A DNA stretch of 64,000 bases from Candidatus Delongbacteria bacterium (GTDB lineage Bacteria > CAIWAD01), in assembly GCA_963663545.1 (NCBI GenBank), contig OY760505.1, forward strand, positions 3,552,001 through 3,616,000, in the 5' to 3' direction. Position 1 is the first letter of the stretch. Each line of letters starts with the position of its first letter. The translations under genes and the position numbers were made by a program. The notes beneath the pieces are model-generated. The model saw only the letters and a list, made by a program, of their open reading frames with translations, ran no database searches and was not told the origin of the DNA. Shown one piece after another: positions 51,926 to 62,170 of the stretch.

Positions 51926-52060
51926 TATGAAGCCGGAAAGAAATAACTTGATCAGTTGGAGCGACGAATGCGCATAGCCTTAGTTCTGTAATTGAGGCGC
52001 GACGCCGCCAGGGAGCAAAAGGGCAAACCAAATGGGTAAGTTGTTTCTTTCCGGCTCCTA
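51926..52060. mobile_element. MITE-like family A, copy 2 (internal deletion)
   Basis: Same core and right IR as 48731-48890. Confidence 0.8.
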
Positions 52061-52097
52061 TGGTTAGATAGTGAAGTCTATTGACAAGGAGAAGCTT

Positions 52098-53948
52098 ATG
52101 CGCAATTTGTTTCTGGTTTTGTTACTGATTCCGATCAGCCTGTCGGCGAATAGCGGCACCTGGCAACCTTTGCTGAGCCAACAACCACAAAATCTGGCTA
52201 CGCAACTGTACTGTCAGGGTAATATCCTGACTCTAGAAATAAAAATACCGGGTTTTTACAAACAATGGCGGCCTGAATCCCAGGCGTATCGGTTGACGGT
52301 TCCAGGCACAGGGAATGTCATCACGCCCGGCAGTCCATGTTTGCCGTTTATTTCCTATCTATTAGCGCTACCAGAGGCCGCAGCGCTGCCTGCGGTTAAA
52401 ATTGACTATGTTTCCACAGTAGTTTTCGGTAAGCTGCCGGTGATGGTCAACCCTGCGGATGCCAGCGCTGATGCCGGCAACAGGGTAGGCTGCACTGATG
52501 CCGGAATTTGCGGTGACTATAGCTTCGAGCGCCAACAATCTGGTCCAGTATACTTTCGCTTGCAAAGTCTGGGAAAATTGAGCGGCATCGAAGTAGTGCG
52601 CCTGGAGATCATGCCCTTTCGTGCTGACAACATCAGCCAGCATCTCTATGTCGGTGAAAATTTCACCATCACCTTGACTCTGGCAAGAGGACAATGGGAT
52701 TCGCCGATGCGTAGCTCCGGCAATCTGGCGAAGATAAAACAACATGCGCTGCTCAATTGGAATTACGAGCAGGTGCGTCGGGAAGAAGAACCTCCGGAAG
52801 AATATTTGATCATTGCCCCGGACCATTTCACTTCCGCCCTGCAACCGCTAATCGAATGGCGCAGCGCCGAGGGGCTTCAGGTCAGTTGCCGTACTTTACA
52901 ACAGATCAAAAAAGAGCTGCAAATAACCGAATTGCTTTGTGCCGATAAACTCCGGGAATATATCAGTCTGTACTATCACAAAAGCGGCAATCTCAGCTAT
53001 GTGCTTTTGGTGGGTGATGTTGAATTGATCCCGGTCAAATACCGCAATGACGACGGTACCGATTTTTATTATAGCCTGGTCGATGGCAGCGGTGATTTGC
53101 TGCCTGATGTCTATTTGGGAAGGTTGCCGGTCAATAGTGCCGGCGAAGTCGCGGCCATTGTCGCGAAAATCATTGCTTATGAAAAAACATTGCCAGGCAA
53201 ACGAGTGCTGCTAGGCTCTTATTTCCAGGATAGCGAACTTGACGGGGTCAGCGATCGCGACTATGTTTACACCAGTGAGCAATTTCGTTCGTTTTTAGTG
53301 AAGCGCCAATATGAATGCCGGCGAGTATACACCATGACCGCTAACAGCGATCCGCGTTATTATAGCAATCATACCCCCGTACCGGTGGATATCACCTTTA
53401 ACGGTACCACTCAGGATATCCTTAACTTTATCAATACCGGTGCCGCATTAGTAAATCACCGCGACCACGGCGACCATGGCGGTTGGGTGCATCCTCCGTT
53501 TCGCAGCAGTGATCTCGGCCAATTATGGAACCGACGTTATCCTTTGCTATTCAATGTCGATTGCGCCACTGCCAAATTCGATAGCGAAACCGAAAAACAA
53601 CGGCGAGAGACGGAAGGTACGGCGCTAACCATAGATAACGAATCTTTCTCCGAGCAGATTTTAGCTCTGGACAATCGCGGCGTGGTCGCCATCATCGCTC
53701 CGACCCGCATCACCACCAATTCGCTGAACAATGCTTTCAATCAAGGCTTGATGGGTGCTATCTGGCCGAGAATGTTTGGCTCCTGCGACGGCCCGGCAAC
53801 GCGACTGGGACAGATACTCTATCGCGCCCGAATCAAGCTGTTGCGCGAATTTGGCGGCAACGGCTGGGTAAGTGAACGCATTCTCGGCAATTTCCGCCGC
53901 TATCATATTCTGGGCGATCCCGCCTTGCATATCCGTCTGCCCCAATAA
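52098..53948 (+). CDS. C25 (gingipain-like) cysteine peptidase with propeptide
   Basis: Signal peptide; YVLLVGD, DVYLGRLP, HRDHG, NVDCAT, ILGDP; no T9SS CTD. Confidence 0.88.
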   Translation: MRNLFLVLLLIPISLSANSGTWQPLLSQQPQNLATQLYCQGNILTLEIKIPGFYKQWRPESQAYRLTVPGTGNVITPGSPCLPFISYLLALPEAAALPAVKIDYVSTVVFGKLPVMVNPADASADAGNRVGCTDAGICGDYSFERQQSGPVYFRLQSLGKLSGIEVVRLEIMPFRADNISQHLYVGENFTITLTLARGQWDSPMRSSGNLAKIKQHALLNWNYEQVRREEEPPEEYLIIAPDHFTSALQPLIEWRSAEGLQVSCRTLQQIKKELQITELLCADKLREYISLYYHKSGNLSYVLLVGDVELIPVKYRNDDGTDFYYSLVDGSGDLLPDVYLGRLPVNSAGEVAAIVAKIIAYEKTLPGKRVLLGSYFQDSELDGVSDRDYVYTSEQFRSFLVKRQYECRRVYTMTANSDPRYYSNHTPVPVDITFNGTTQDILNFINTGAALVNHRDHGDHGGWVHPPFRSSDLGQLWNRRYPLLFNVDCATAKFDSETEKQRRETEGTALTIDNESFSEQILALDNRGVVAIIAPTRITTNSLNNAFNQGLMGAIWPRMFGSCDGPATRLGQILYRARIKLLREFGGNGWVSERILGNFRRYHILGDPALHIRLPQ

Positions 53949-54038
53949 ACACAGCTTGCCTTATAAGATTTTTATCACGAATTACACGAAGTAGACAAAT
54001 AGCACGAATTATTCTTCCTTTCATTCGCGTAATTCGTT

Positions 54039-54199
54039 TAGGAGCCGGCAAGAAATAACTTACCCATTTGGTTTGCCCTTTTGCTCCCTGGCCGCGTCGC
54101 TCCTCAATTACAGAACTAAGGCTATGCGCATTCGTCGCTCCTTGCCAGGAAACAAAATTGCTAAACCAACTGACCAAGTTATTTCTTGCCGGCTCCTTA
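54039..54199. mobile_element. MITE-like family A, copy 3 (inverted)
   Basis: Reverse complement of 48731-48890. Confidence 0.85.
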
Positions 54200-54463
54200 T
54201 TCGTGTAACACCACTGAAAGCGTGAGCAAGTAAAGTGGGAGGGTTGGGGAAGTCGAACAGGAACCTCGATGATTTAATTGGCTCTTCTGGATAATGAGTA
54301 CCTACGGCAAAATTATACTTGAAAAAAGCAGGCAAAAAAGGTAGAAATATTCATCATCTCCAAAAGAAAAAGATAATTTTGCCAAAAAGGAAAATTCGAA
54401 CCACGGATAAACACGGATTGAGAGATTGTGCATCGTGGAATACCGTTTCTTTTGTTAGAATTT

Positions 54464-54913
54464 ATGAAAGCGAAGAAAATATTACTTTTGCACGGCCCCA
54501 ACCTCAACCTTCTCGGTCGTCGCGAACCCGAATTCTACGGGGTGTTGTCGTTAGCGGAAATCAACGAGCGGGTCATCGCTTATGCCGCCGGTCGCCAGAT
54601 CGAAGTAAGCGCTCGCCAATCTAACCATGAGGGGGAATTGATCGATATTTTACACCAGGCTGCGGAATGGGCCGATGGGGTCGTTTTCAACCCCGGCGGC
54701 TATGCGCATACCTCTGTGGCATTGCGTGATGCCGTAGCGGCGATCGATTTGCCGGTAGTCGAAGTGCATCTTTCCAACCTTCACGCTCGGGAATCGTTTC
54801 GCCACCAGTCGTTAGTGGCTTGTCAATGTCTGGGGCAAATCTCCGGTTTCGGCTGGCGTAGCTATGTGCTGGGAGTCGCCGCGTTATTGGGACATTGGGA
54901 TATGCCGGACTAA
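54464..54913 (+). CDS. aroQ: Type II 3-dehydroquinate dehydratase
   Basis: [44 protein letters not shown]. Confidence 0.97.
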   Translation: MKAKKILLLHGPNLNLLGRREPEFYGVLSLAEINERVIAYAAGRQIEVSARQSNHEGELIDILHQAAEWADGVVFNPGGYAHTSVALRDAVAAIDLPVVEVHLSNLHARESFRHQSLVACQCLGQISGFGWRSYVLGVAALLGHWDMPD

Positions 54914-55092
54914 ACGCCGGGAAGAAGCTTTCGCATTACAAAAAATCGGGGGCGTTTCCAAGGTTAGACGTCGACCATTTTACAACTTACCTGATCATAT
55001 CAACTTATTTCTTGCCAGCTCCTTATTTCAGCGAACGAGCGAAAAATCAAGTATATCGAATTGCCGGGAGTTATCCCTGATGGCAAGCCGGC

Positions 55093-56154
55093 TCACCAAT
55101 CGCAGCCCAAGCCCGGTCGTTGCGTCGGGTAGAGCACTCCCTGGCGTAAGATTAGCGCCGAAGTCGAAGGATCGCCATTGAGGCCGATATGGCCATCAAG
55201 ATCGGCATATTCAACGTTGGGACGCGCCAGCGCGAAGTGTAATCCGGCGGCGATGGCCAGGGCGGCTTCATCCATGCAACCGACCATTACCTCCAGGCTA
55301 GCGGCTTTGGCTACGGCATTGACCTGCAACGCTTCAGCAATACCGCCGACTTTCATCAATTTGATGTTGACCATATCGACAAAATTGCCCTGAGCCAGGC
55401 GAAAGGCATCACGCAAAGTCATCAAGCTTTCATCGGCCATAATCGGCACCGATACCGTGTTGGTGATTCGCCCCAGTAAATCGGGTTGGCCTTTTGGCGT
55501 AGGTTGTTCGATTAATTCCAGTCGGGCACTACGAGTTTTGTCAACGAATTCCAATGCCTGGAGCACTGAAAAACCCTGGTTGGCATCGAAGCGCAATTCG
55601 ACAGCGGGGCCAATGGCTTCACGTACTTTGATAACTCTGGCAATATCGCAGCCAACATCGAGCCCACCTTTGATTTTTATCGCCCGGAATCCTTCTGCTA
55701 TCCATTTTTTTGCAAGATCCACAGTTTCGGATTCGGGTAAAATTCCAATAGTAATGCTGGTGGGAATACTCTCCCGAAATCCCCCAAGCAATTTCCATAC
55801 CGGCATCCCGCAACTTTTGCCGATGATATCAAAAAGCGCCATATCCACTGCGGCAATAGCCGAAGGCTGAGAACTAAGCGGCTTTCTGATGCTATGAAGC
55901 AACAGAGCATGACGTAGCGGATCACGATGTTCAAGGGCAGGGGCGACCGTGGTGGTGATGGCCTGCATTACCGTTTGTGGGGTTTCATCGGTTATTTTCT
56001 TATCTGGAGCGGCGCAACCATAACCGATGATCCCCTGGTCGGTTTCGATGCGGATAAATACATTGCTAGTAGTATTGATGGTTTCGTAGGCAATGGTATA
56101 AGGATCGGTCAATTTCATTTCGACTTCCCATGCCTGAATCTTGGTTATTTTCAT
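55093..56154 (-). CDS. Dipeptide (L-Ala-D/L-Glu) epimerase, enolase superfamily
   Basis: KIKGG, DANQG, EQP, ADES, NIKLMK, DLDG. Confidence 0.9.
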   Translation of the reverse strand: MKITKIQAWEVEMKLTDPYTIAYETINTTSNVFIRIETDQGIIGYGCAAPDKKITDETPQTVMQAITTTVAPALEHRDPLRHALLLHSIRKPLSSQPSAIAAVDMALFDIIGKSCGMPVWKLLGGFRESIPTSITIGILPESETVDLAKKWIAEGFRAIKIKGGLDVGCDIARVIKVREAIGPAVELRFDANQGFSVLQALEFVDKTRSARLELIEQPTPKGQPDLLGRITNTVSVPIMADESLMTLRDAFRLAQGNFVDMVNIKLMKVGGIAEALQVNAVAKAASLEVMVGCMDEAALAIAAGLHFALARPNVEYADLDGHIGLNGDPSTSALILRQGVLYPTQRPGLGCDW

Positions 56155-56481
56155 TGTTATCTATCTCCTGTCCAGGGCAGAAAAAAAATTTACATATGTC
56201 CGAAATTATGGGATTGCCCCCCCTGGACATTTACTATTGTCCTGATGGCAAATAGCTTATCCCAATGACAAAATTCGCTCCAACCGTCTGATTAACCGAT
56301 GTTGGAGCCGATGCCAGCAAAAATAGTTGTTTTTTTGTTTTTTCATTCGCCGAATATGATTGTAAAATACCAGTAAACCACAGCAAACGACATTTGGCGA
56401 AAAAAAATGCATTCTATCAGGTCGAAAGCGACAATGTCCACCAGAATTTGGGATGGATACTTCAGCGAATCAGGAGGGATA

Positions 56482-57858
56482 ATGCCTTTTAGTTTGTTTA
56501 TCATCGAGGACGAATTCACTACCCGTAAGGCTATTTATTATCAATTGAGCAAAGATTACAGCGTCAAAGAATTTGCCAGCGCTGAACCGGCTCTGGCGGT
56601 TTTGGCTAAAGATTGCCCAGACCTGGTGCTGCTGGATATCGAATTGCCCGGTATAAGTGGTATTGATGCTTTAAAAAGAATAAAAGCCATCGATCCCAAG
56701 ATCCTGGTAATCATGTCTACTGCAAATAGTGATATCGATACGGTAATATCGGCAATGAAAATGGGTGCCCACGACTACGTGGTCAAGCCGGTCAGCATGG
56801 AACGTCTGGCCATGAGTATCGAAAACGCTCTGGCTACCATCAAAATGAGCAAAGAAATCCGGTCGCTCCAACAACGCTATTTGCGAGAAAATTTGCCTGG
56901 CTTTATTTGTGAAAGTAATCGGATGCAAGAAGTTATGCAGGTAGTATCACGAGTCGCCAGAAGCCAGGCGCCAATCTTGATCGTGGGGGATTCGGGCACC
57001 GGCAAAGAGTTGATCGCCAATACGATACATTATCAAAGCCCTAATTTTCGCGGGCCGTTTATCGCCATCAATTGTGCCGCTATTCCCGACACCTTGATTG
57101 AAAGCGAACTTTTTGGCTACGAGAAAGGTGCCTTTAGCGGTGCGGCCGCCAGTGGTAAAAAAGGCCAGGTGGAGTTGGCCGCCTCCGGAACGCTGTTTCT
57201 TGATGAAATTGCTGAAATGAGCCAACAAGCGCAGGCTAAATTGCTGCGGTTTTTAGAGCAAGGAGAATTTTATCGCGTAGGCGGGTGCAAAAAATTGCAC
57301 ATTCAGACCCGTTTGATCTCGGCAACCAATCGCAATTTGGAACGGATGATCAATGCCGGTTTTTTTCGCGATGACCTCTATTACCGCCTGGCCATTGTCA
57401 AAATCGAAATCCCCTCTTTGAACGAGCGGCCCGAGGATATCCTGCCGATTGCCAGGCATTTTCTCCTGCAACTTGGAGAAAAATACGGCAAAAATTTTCA
57501 GGATATCAGTGGCGATACCCAGAAGTTCCTGCAAAATCGCCATTGGAAAGGCAATATTCGCGAATTGCGCAATATTATTGAAAAAGGAGTGATATTAGGG
57601 GCCGGGCCATTATTGACCCTCAAGGATTTAGGGGAAGAAGGTCGTCATCATGGAACCGAGAAGGTAAGCCCTGGCCGCGCCGATGACTACTTCCCACCGC
57701 TTCCCGCAGGAGGCATTGACCTGGCCGCTCTTGAAAAATATTATATCGAAGAAGCATTGCGCCGGTCGTCCGGAAACGATGCCGAAGCGGCCAGATTGTT
57801 GCGAATGAACTACTACGCTTTCCGCTATCGCCGTAAGCGTATTTATCTCGGACGTTGA
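56482..57858 (+). CDS. Sigma54-dependent NtrC-type response regulator
   Basis: Receiver IIEDE/LLDIELP/KP; GDSGTGKE, GAFSGA, WKGNIRELRN, HTH. Confidence 0.93.
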   Translation: MPFSLFIIEDEFTTRKAIYYQLSKDYSVKEFASAEPALAVLAKDCPDLVLLDIELPGISGIDALKRIKAIDPKILVIMSTANSDIDTVISAMKMGAHDYVVKPVSMERLAMSIENALATIKMSKEIRSLQQRYLRENLPGFICESNRMQEVMQVVSRVARSQAPILIVGDSGTGKELIANTIHYQSPNFRGPFIAINCAAIPDTLIESELFGYEKGAFSGAAASGKKGQVELAASGTLFLDEIAEMSQQAQAKLLRFLEQGEFYRVGGCKKLHIQTRLISATNRNLERMINAGFFRDDLYYRLAIVKIEIPSLNERPEDILPIARHFLLQLGEKYGKNFQDISGDTQKFLQNRHWKGNIRELRNIIEKGVILGAGPLLTLKDLGEEGRHHGTEKVSPGRADDYFPPLPAGGIDLAALEKYYIEEALRRSSGNDAEAARLLRMNYYAFRYRRKRIYLGR

Positions 57859-57860
57859 CC

Positions 57861-58021
57861 AGGCTGTGTTTACGAATTCATTCCGCCTGCTATCGAGCCC
57901 TTTTGTTCCCTGGCTTCGTTGCTCCTCAGTTACAGAACAAGAAGCTATGCGCCTTCGTCGCGCCTCGCCAGGAAACAAAATGACTTCGCTATCAAACGAA
58001 AGCAATTCGTAAACACAGCCT
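57861..58021. mobile_element. MITE-like element with family-A core but different terminal IR
   Basis: Perfect 18-bp IR AGGCTGTGTTTACGAATT..AATTCGTAAACACAGCCT. Confidence 0.8.
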
Positions 58022-58027
58022 AGCTAG

Positions 58028-58147
58028 CTACTCGGCTTTTTTCTCTTTTTTGCTTTTTTTGGCTTTAGTGTCGGTAGCAGCCTTAGTTTTTTTAGCGGCT
58101 TTGGCTTTGGGCTTGGCTTTTTCTTTTGTAGTGGGTTGTTCGGACAT
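58028..58147 (-). CDS. 39-aa Lys/Ala-rich basic protein (not in ORF track)
   Basis: RBS AGGAGA; MSEQPTTKEKAKPKAKAAKKTKAATDTKAKKSKKEKKAE*. Confidence 0.6.
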   Translation of the reverse strand: MSEQPTTKEKAKPKAKAAKKTKAATDTKAKKSKKEKKAE

Positions 58148-58224
58148 CTAAGTTTCTCCTGAAATTCGTTATAAAAAAATTTTACAAGGGCAAGAAATAA
58201 ATTACCATTTGTCCTAATTATTTC

Positions 58225-58450
58225 GACAATGTCAAGTTAGCCTAATTACATGAAGACGAAGATATTACACCGCAGAGACGCAGAGGACACAGAGAAAAAA
58301 ACAAGAGGATATTTTTGGAATGCCAATGTGAATCGATAACGCTGGCCGTAGAGGCAGCCAACGACCGTTCGACATTATAGACATTGTTTTTCTCTGCGAT
58401 CTCTGCGTCTCTGCGGTGAATTCAACGCTTTCAAGAAACATGACATTGCC
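58225..58450. mobile_element. MITE-like element enclosing a CACCGCAGAGACGCAGAG inverted repeat
   Basis: GACAATGTCAAGTT..AACATGACATTGCC (12/14) ends; inner IR ~58268-58297 / 58385-58420. Confidence 0.6.
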
Positions 58451-58460
58451 AAGTTATATT

Positions 58461-58588
58461 ACAGATGATGTTGAACACTCCAAATTTGCTACAGCGCCTT
58501 AGAAGCTACAAATGGAACCACGAATGAACACCAGTGTCCATTCGTGGTTCGAGAAATAGAGCAGGCGACCGTGTTCAATATCATCCGT
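58461..58588. mobile_element. MITE-like element
   Basis: ACAGATGATGTTGAACAC..GTGTTCAATATCATCCGT (16/18) with internal hairpin. Confidence 0.6.
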
Positions 58589-58598
58589 TACAGAACAG

Positions 58599-58851
58599 AG
58601 GAGCCGGAATAATATATAATTCAGTCTCTTAGCAAGTCATGTGCCAAATGCTAATTCCCGGCCAAAGGCGAGGCGCATATGGTGAAATGGCCAACTGCGA
58701 GAATGTGATCTTCGGCGTGCTTTACCGCAACTAGCAGTAAAAACCTGTTGGCGCAATCGCCAAATTTGGCGTTTTCGCCAACTTTTTTGGCGGCGAGCAA
58801 TTACTTTTGAATGTAAACCAAATGGATAAGTTATTTCTTTCCGGCTCCTTA
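58599..58851. mobile_element. MITE-like element with family-A terminal IR but different core
   Basis: AGGAGCCGGAA..AAACCAAATGGATAAGTTATTTCTTTCCGGCTCCT. Confidence 0.7.
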
Positions 58852-58962
58852 GCAATTCGGGCAACGAGCGTTAAATCGGACCGGTGTGGTACGTCAGTTG
58901 CTTAGATAATTTCTATTGACAGTCAATGCTCACTACATCCAAGATCTCAATATATTAGGAGA

Positions 58963-59715
58963 TTGCAAATGCTTAGAAAGATACTGTTCTCGGCAATTAT
59001 CAGCATCGCCTGGTTAACAGCTAGCATTCAGACCCAAGAAAGCGCGGAGCCCGAACCTGCGCAAGAAGGCTATATTACCGAAGGTTATTCGGCATTAGCC
59101 ATGATCCCCGAAAGTATGGCGCAAAATAATCTCTATCGCCTGCAAAGGGAAAATCCCAAAGCCACGCTTCGAGACGCTCTCCTATATTTCGCCAGGCGAA
59201 AGGCAGCGACCGATGCCCGTAGAAACCTGTCCGAATATTATAACGGCGTCCATTTCAAATTCGTCGCTGGAAAATTCAGCTATGAAATCAAAGCGTGCGA
59301 AGGATTTGTCGGTGGTAGGGGCGTTTACAGCTATCGTTTACTGGATAGTGGGGTGGTTATTGCCACCAAGAAACTGAATATAACCGAGAATTTGCAACAA
59401 AAACGCCTGGAACTACAACCCCAAGACGTTACCGGGCATAGTAGCAATAATCCCGCCAACATCTTGCAAGCGCTACGCGAGGCCCGGATGAATGCCATTG
59501 AAAAAGCGGCCAAAAAAGCGGTAAAGCTCAAATATCCCTCGGCTTTTCAAGAAAAAGAAAACGCAAGTGAAAATCAAGAATTGAAAGCGGAAGACGATAA
59601 AGAGAAAACACAAATGCGAACTTATCAAGGCGTAGTCTATATCGTCACCACGGTTTCAGATAAGCTCGGGCCCCCTTATCATATTACTTTGCGCGTGCAA
59701 ACGGAAGTAGAGTAA
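58963..59715 (+). CDS. Secreted hypothetical protein
   Basis: RBS AGGAGA; signal-peptide-like N-terminus; 250-aa ORF. Confidence 0.7.
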   Translation: MQMLRKILFSAIISIAWLTASIQTQESAEPEPAQEGYITEGYSALAMIPESMAQNNLYRLQRENPKATLRDALLYFARRKAATDARRNLSEYYNGVHFKFVAGKFSYEIKACEGFVGGRGVYSYRLLDSGVVIATKKLNITENLQQKRLELQPQDVTGHSSNNPANILQALREARMNAIEKAAKKAVKLKYPSAFQEKENASENQELKAEDDKEKTQMRTYQGVVYIVTTVSDKLGPPYHITLRVQTEVE

Positions 59716-59740
59716 GACCCGAGATGCCGCCAAATAGTGC

Positions 59741-59865
59741 GTAATCCCATAATTTCGGCAAAAACCTGTTTGTCACGAAGCGACAGCGATGGACGATTTT
59801 CGTAATCGTAAACGATGGTCAATGTTCTATGATCGATGATTCGGTGGTCGAGCAAATTATTTGCT
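59741..59865. repeat. Dispersed repeat family B, copy 2
   Basis: Reverse complement of 48891-49022. Confidence 0.8.
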
Positions 59866-59941
59866 CATATTTGAAAGCATACACACGATCCGATACAATA
59901 GGGATTTACTCTGTTGGCAAGTACATATAAAGGAAACACTG

Positions 59942-62170
59942 ATGTCTTATAGATGCAAACCGCATAAAAAATTAATCTCCCGGATATTTTGTCTGTCGGT
60001 GTTACTGCTGTTTTTTATCCAGCCTTCCCTGTATTGGCTAGAGGCCCAGAGCAGTCAATCGCGCCCTGTCGAAGCGATCGTGGTTCCTGAAAGCGAGGAA
60101 TGGTTACTGGCTTTGGCCGCGCCTATCCTGGCAGCGCATCGCCCGGCATCAATGCCATTGCTGCTGTCACTTGCCAAACCCCTGACTATAAAAGAAAGCT
60201 GGATGTTAAAACAGGTCGCGCCCAACCGTTGCCTGGTATTAGCCACTAAAAACAGCTTTACCGCCAAAGATTTTGCCGATAGCAAAGTCGAAATCGTATC
60301 TCTGGTAGCCAACCCGACCCAGGCCGGAATTACCCTGGCCAACCTTTTTTGGAAAAACTGTGACGAAGTGGTAGTGGCGTCCTTGCTGGACAAAGGATCG
60401 ATGATCCATGGCGCCGCATTGGCCGCCCATCTCAAAGTGCCATTTATTCCGATGCAAGAGCATAGCGGTTTTCTGGCGCGGCTATTCCAAAAAGAATCAC
60501 CGGAGCAGCGTGAGCTGCTCCAGGCATTGCAAAGTCTCAAAGTCAAACGGGTATTGGTTGCGGTCGGCGATCTGGAAAATCAACCGCGCTGGGTCAAGGT
60601 CATCGGCCCCAAAGCCCAATGTATGGACGATCAGGCTATTTCTCGGCGCATTATTGGCAAGATCGGCCGGGATGCGGTAAAACATCTGGTACTTGTCCGC
60701 ATTCCCGATGAGTGGTTCGGTAAAACCGCGTGGCTGGCCCCTTATTATAGCTTGATTCGCCAGGCGCCGATTGTTTTTACCTACACGCCTGTCGCCAAGC
60801 AGGCGGAAGATGAAGTCTACGCTTTCATTGACGGCTATCGGGTCAAAGCGCGCTTTTTGACCATTCTTGCCAGTTATGAAGCGATTGGTGTCATTGCTTT
60901 GAGTGACCCGGTGCTTCTGGGCGAATACCAAGTCGAGGTCGAGCCTTGCATAATGCCGCCGTTGCGAGACTGTGCCATAGGTCTGGCCAGTGGCCGCATC
61001 CCTTGCAATAATCTGCGTGAAGCTTCACTACTTATCGCCCGTACTTTCGCCCGAAACCGGATGCTGGCACAATTGTCGCCGCAAGTTTTGATGGTGGCCA
61101 ATCCAGCTTCGGAGTATGGGACTTTGCCGCTGGCAGAAACCATTGCCCATGCCACAGTGCAAGAATATAAAAATTGTCGCGTCAAAATCGACGAGTTTTA
61201 TAACGTTCGTTCCGACATCAAGCCGATTCTTCAGGCCAGTGATAAAGCCCACCTGATTATTTTTCAAGGGCACGTAAGTGACCAGTTCATTTTTGTGCCG
61301 GAAAACCCGGTCAATTTTGATATTTCCCAAGTTCCGGTAAAAAACCGGCAAAAACGTCGCCTGAGCGGATTGCCGCTGGTAGTGTTGCAAAGTTGTTCTT
61401 CACTGGAAGAGCCAATGTTTCAACTGATCTTCAACTGCGGCGGCATCGGTCTTATCGGCAGTGTCACCAGCATCCACAGCGCTTCCGGCAGTGCCTTCAT
61501 CAAAGCCTTTTCCGACAGTATGCTTTATCGCGGCGATAGCGTCGGCGAGGCGCTACGTTCCGCCCGCAATTATTTTCTGTGCCTGGCGGAATTGAAAAAT
61601 CGCCGCGGCCATAAAGAAACGCCGAAATTACGCCGCGTAGCCCTGAGCTTTCGCCTCTGGGGTGATCCTGAAATGCGATTATTCCCGGAAAAACCGAACA
61701 AACCACGACTGCGTCAGCTTAAAGCCAAATTTACCAAAAAGCAGCAGGTGCTAATCAACGTACCCCGGCGCCGCTTGCCCAAATCGACCACCAAAAACTA
61801 TCTGGCCCAAATTTTCCCGGGAAGTGAACTGGCGGGGCTTGTCAAACGAATCAAAGATAAGCCGCAACGACGTATTACTCCGTTATATTTTTTACGGCTG
61901 CATCTACCTGAAAATTTCAAGATCAATAACTACCGGGATATCCGACGATCACGAGATCCAGGCGGGCATGGGGTGTTTTTATGCGATCCCTATCGCGAAT
62001 ACCTTTACTTATTATATTACCCGCCAAAAGAACGGCACGGCAAAAAAATCGTTTTAAGGTTCTACCCAGATGTCAAACCTTATCATAAAGTGGATAAAGC
62101 GCAGGAAAAAAAGATTGAAATCGCGCCACCAGGTGCAATCATCGAGGAAAAAAAACATGAAAATCGGTAG
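59942..62170 (+). CDS. Exported protein with C25/caspase-fold (CHAT-like) domain
   Basis: N-terminal TM/signal; ASGRIP, IFQGH, LQSCSS, VGEALRSAR, LWGDP. Confidence 0.7.
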   Translation: MSYRCKPHKKLISRIFCLSVLLLFFIQPSLYWLEAQSSQSRPVEAIVVPESEEWLLALAAPILAAHRPASMPLLLSLAKPLTIKESWMLKQVAPNRCLVLATKNSFTAKDFADSKVEIVSLVANPTQAGITLANLFWKNCDEVVVASLLDKGSMIHGAALAAHLKVPFIPMQEHSGFLARLFQKESPEQRELLQALQSLKVKRVLVAVGDLENQPRWVKVIGPKAQCMDDQAISRRIIGKIGRDAVKHLVLVRIPDEWFGKTAWLAPYYSLIRQAPIVFTYTPVAKQAEDEVYAFIDGYRVKARFLTILASYEAIGVIALSDPVLLGEYQVEVEPCIMPPLRDCAIGLASGRIPCNNLREASLLIARTFARNRMLAQLSPQVLMVANPASEYGTLPLAETIAHATVQEYKNCRVKIDEFYNVRSDIKPILQASDKAHLIIFQGHVSDQFIFVPENPVNFDISQVPVKNRQKRRLSGLPLVVLQSCSSLEEPMFQLIFNCGGIGLIGSVTSIHSASGSAFIKAFSDSMLYRGDSVGEALRSARNYFLCLAELKNRRGHKETPKLRRVALSFRLWGDPEMRLFPEKPNKPRLRQLKAKFTKKQQVLINVPRRRLPKSTTKNYLAQIFPGSELAGLVKRIKDKPQRRITPLYFLRLHLPENFKINNYRDIRRSRDPGGHGVFLCDPYREYLYLLYYPPKERHGKKIVLRFYPDVKPYHKVDKAQEKKIEIAPPGAIIEEKKHENR

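Noticed and set aside
53833..54177. Near-identical short ORFs 48752..49009 and 53833..54177
   Set aside because: Translations of the MITE copies, not genes
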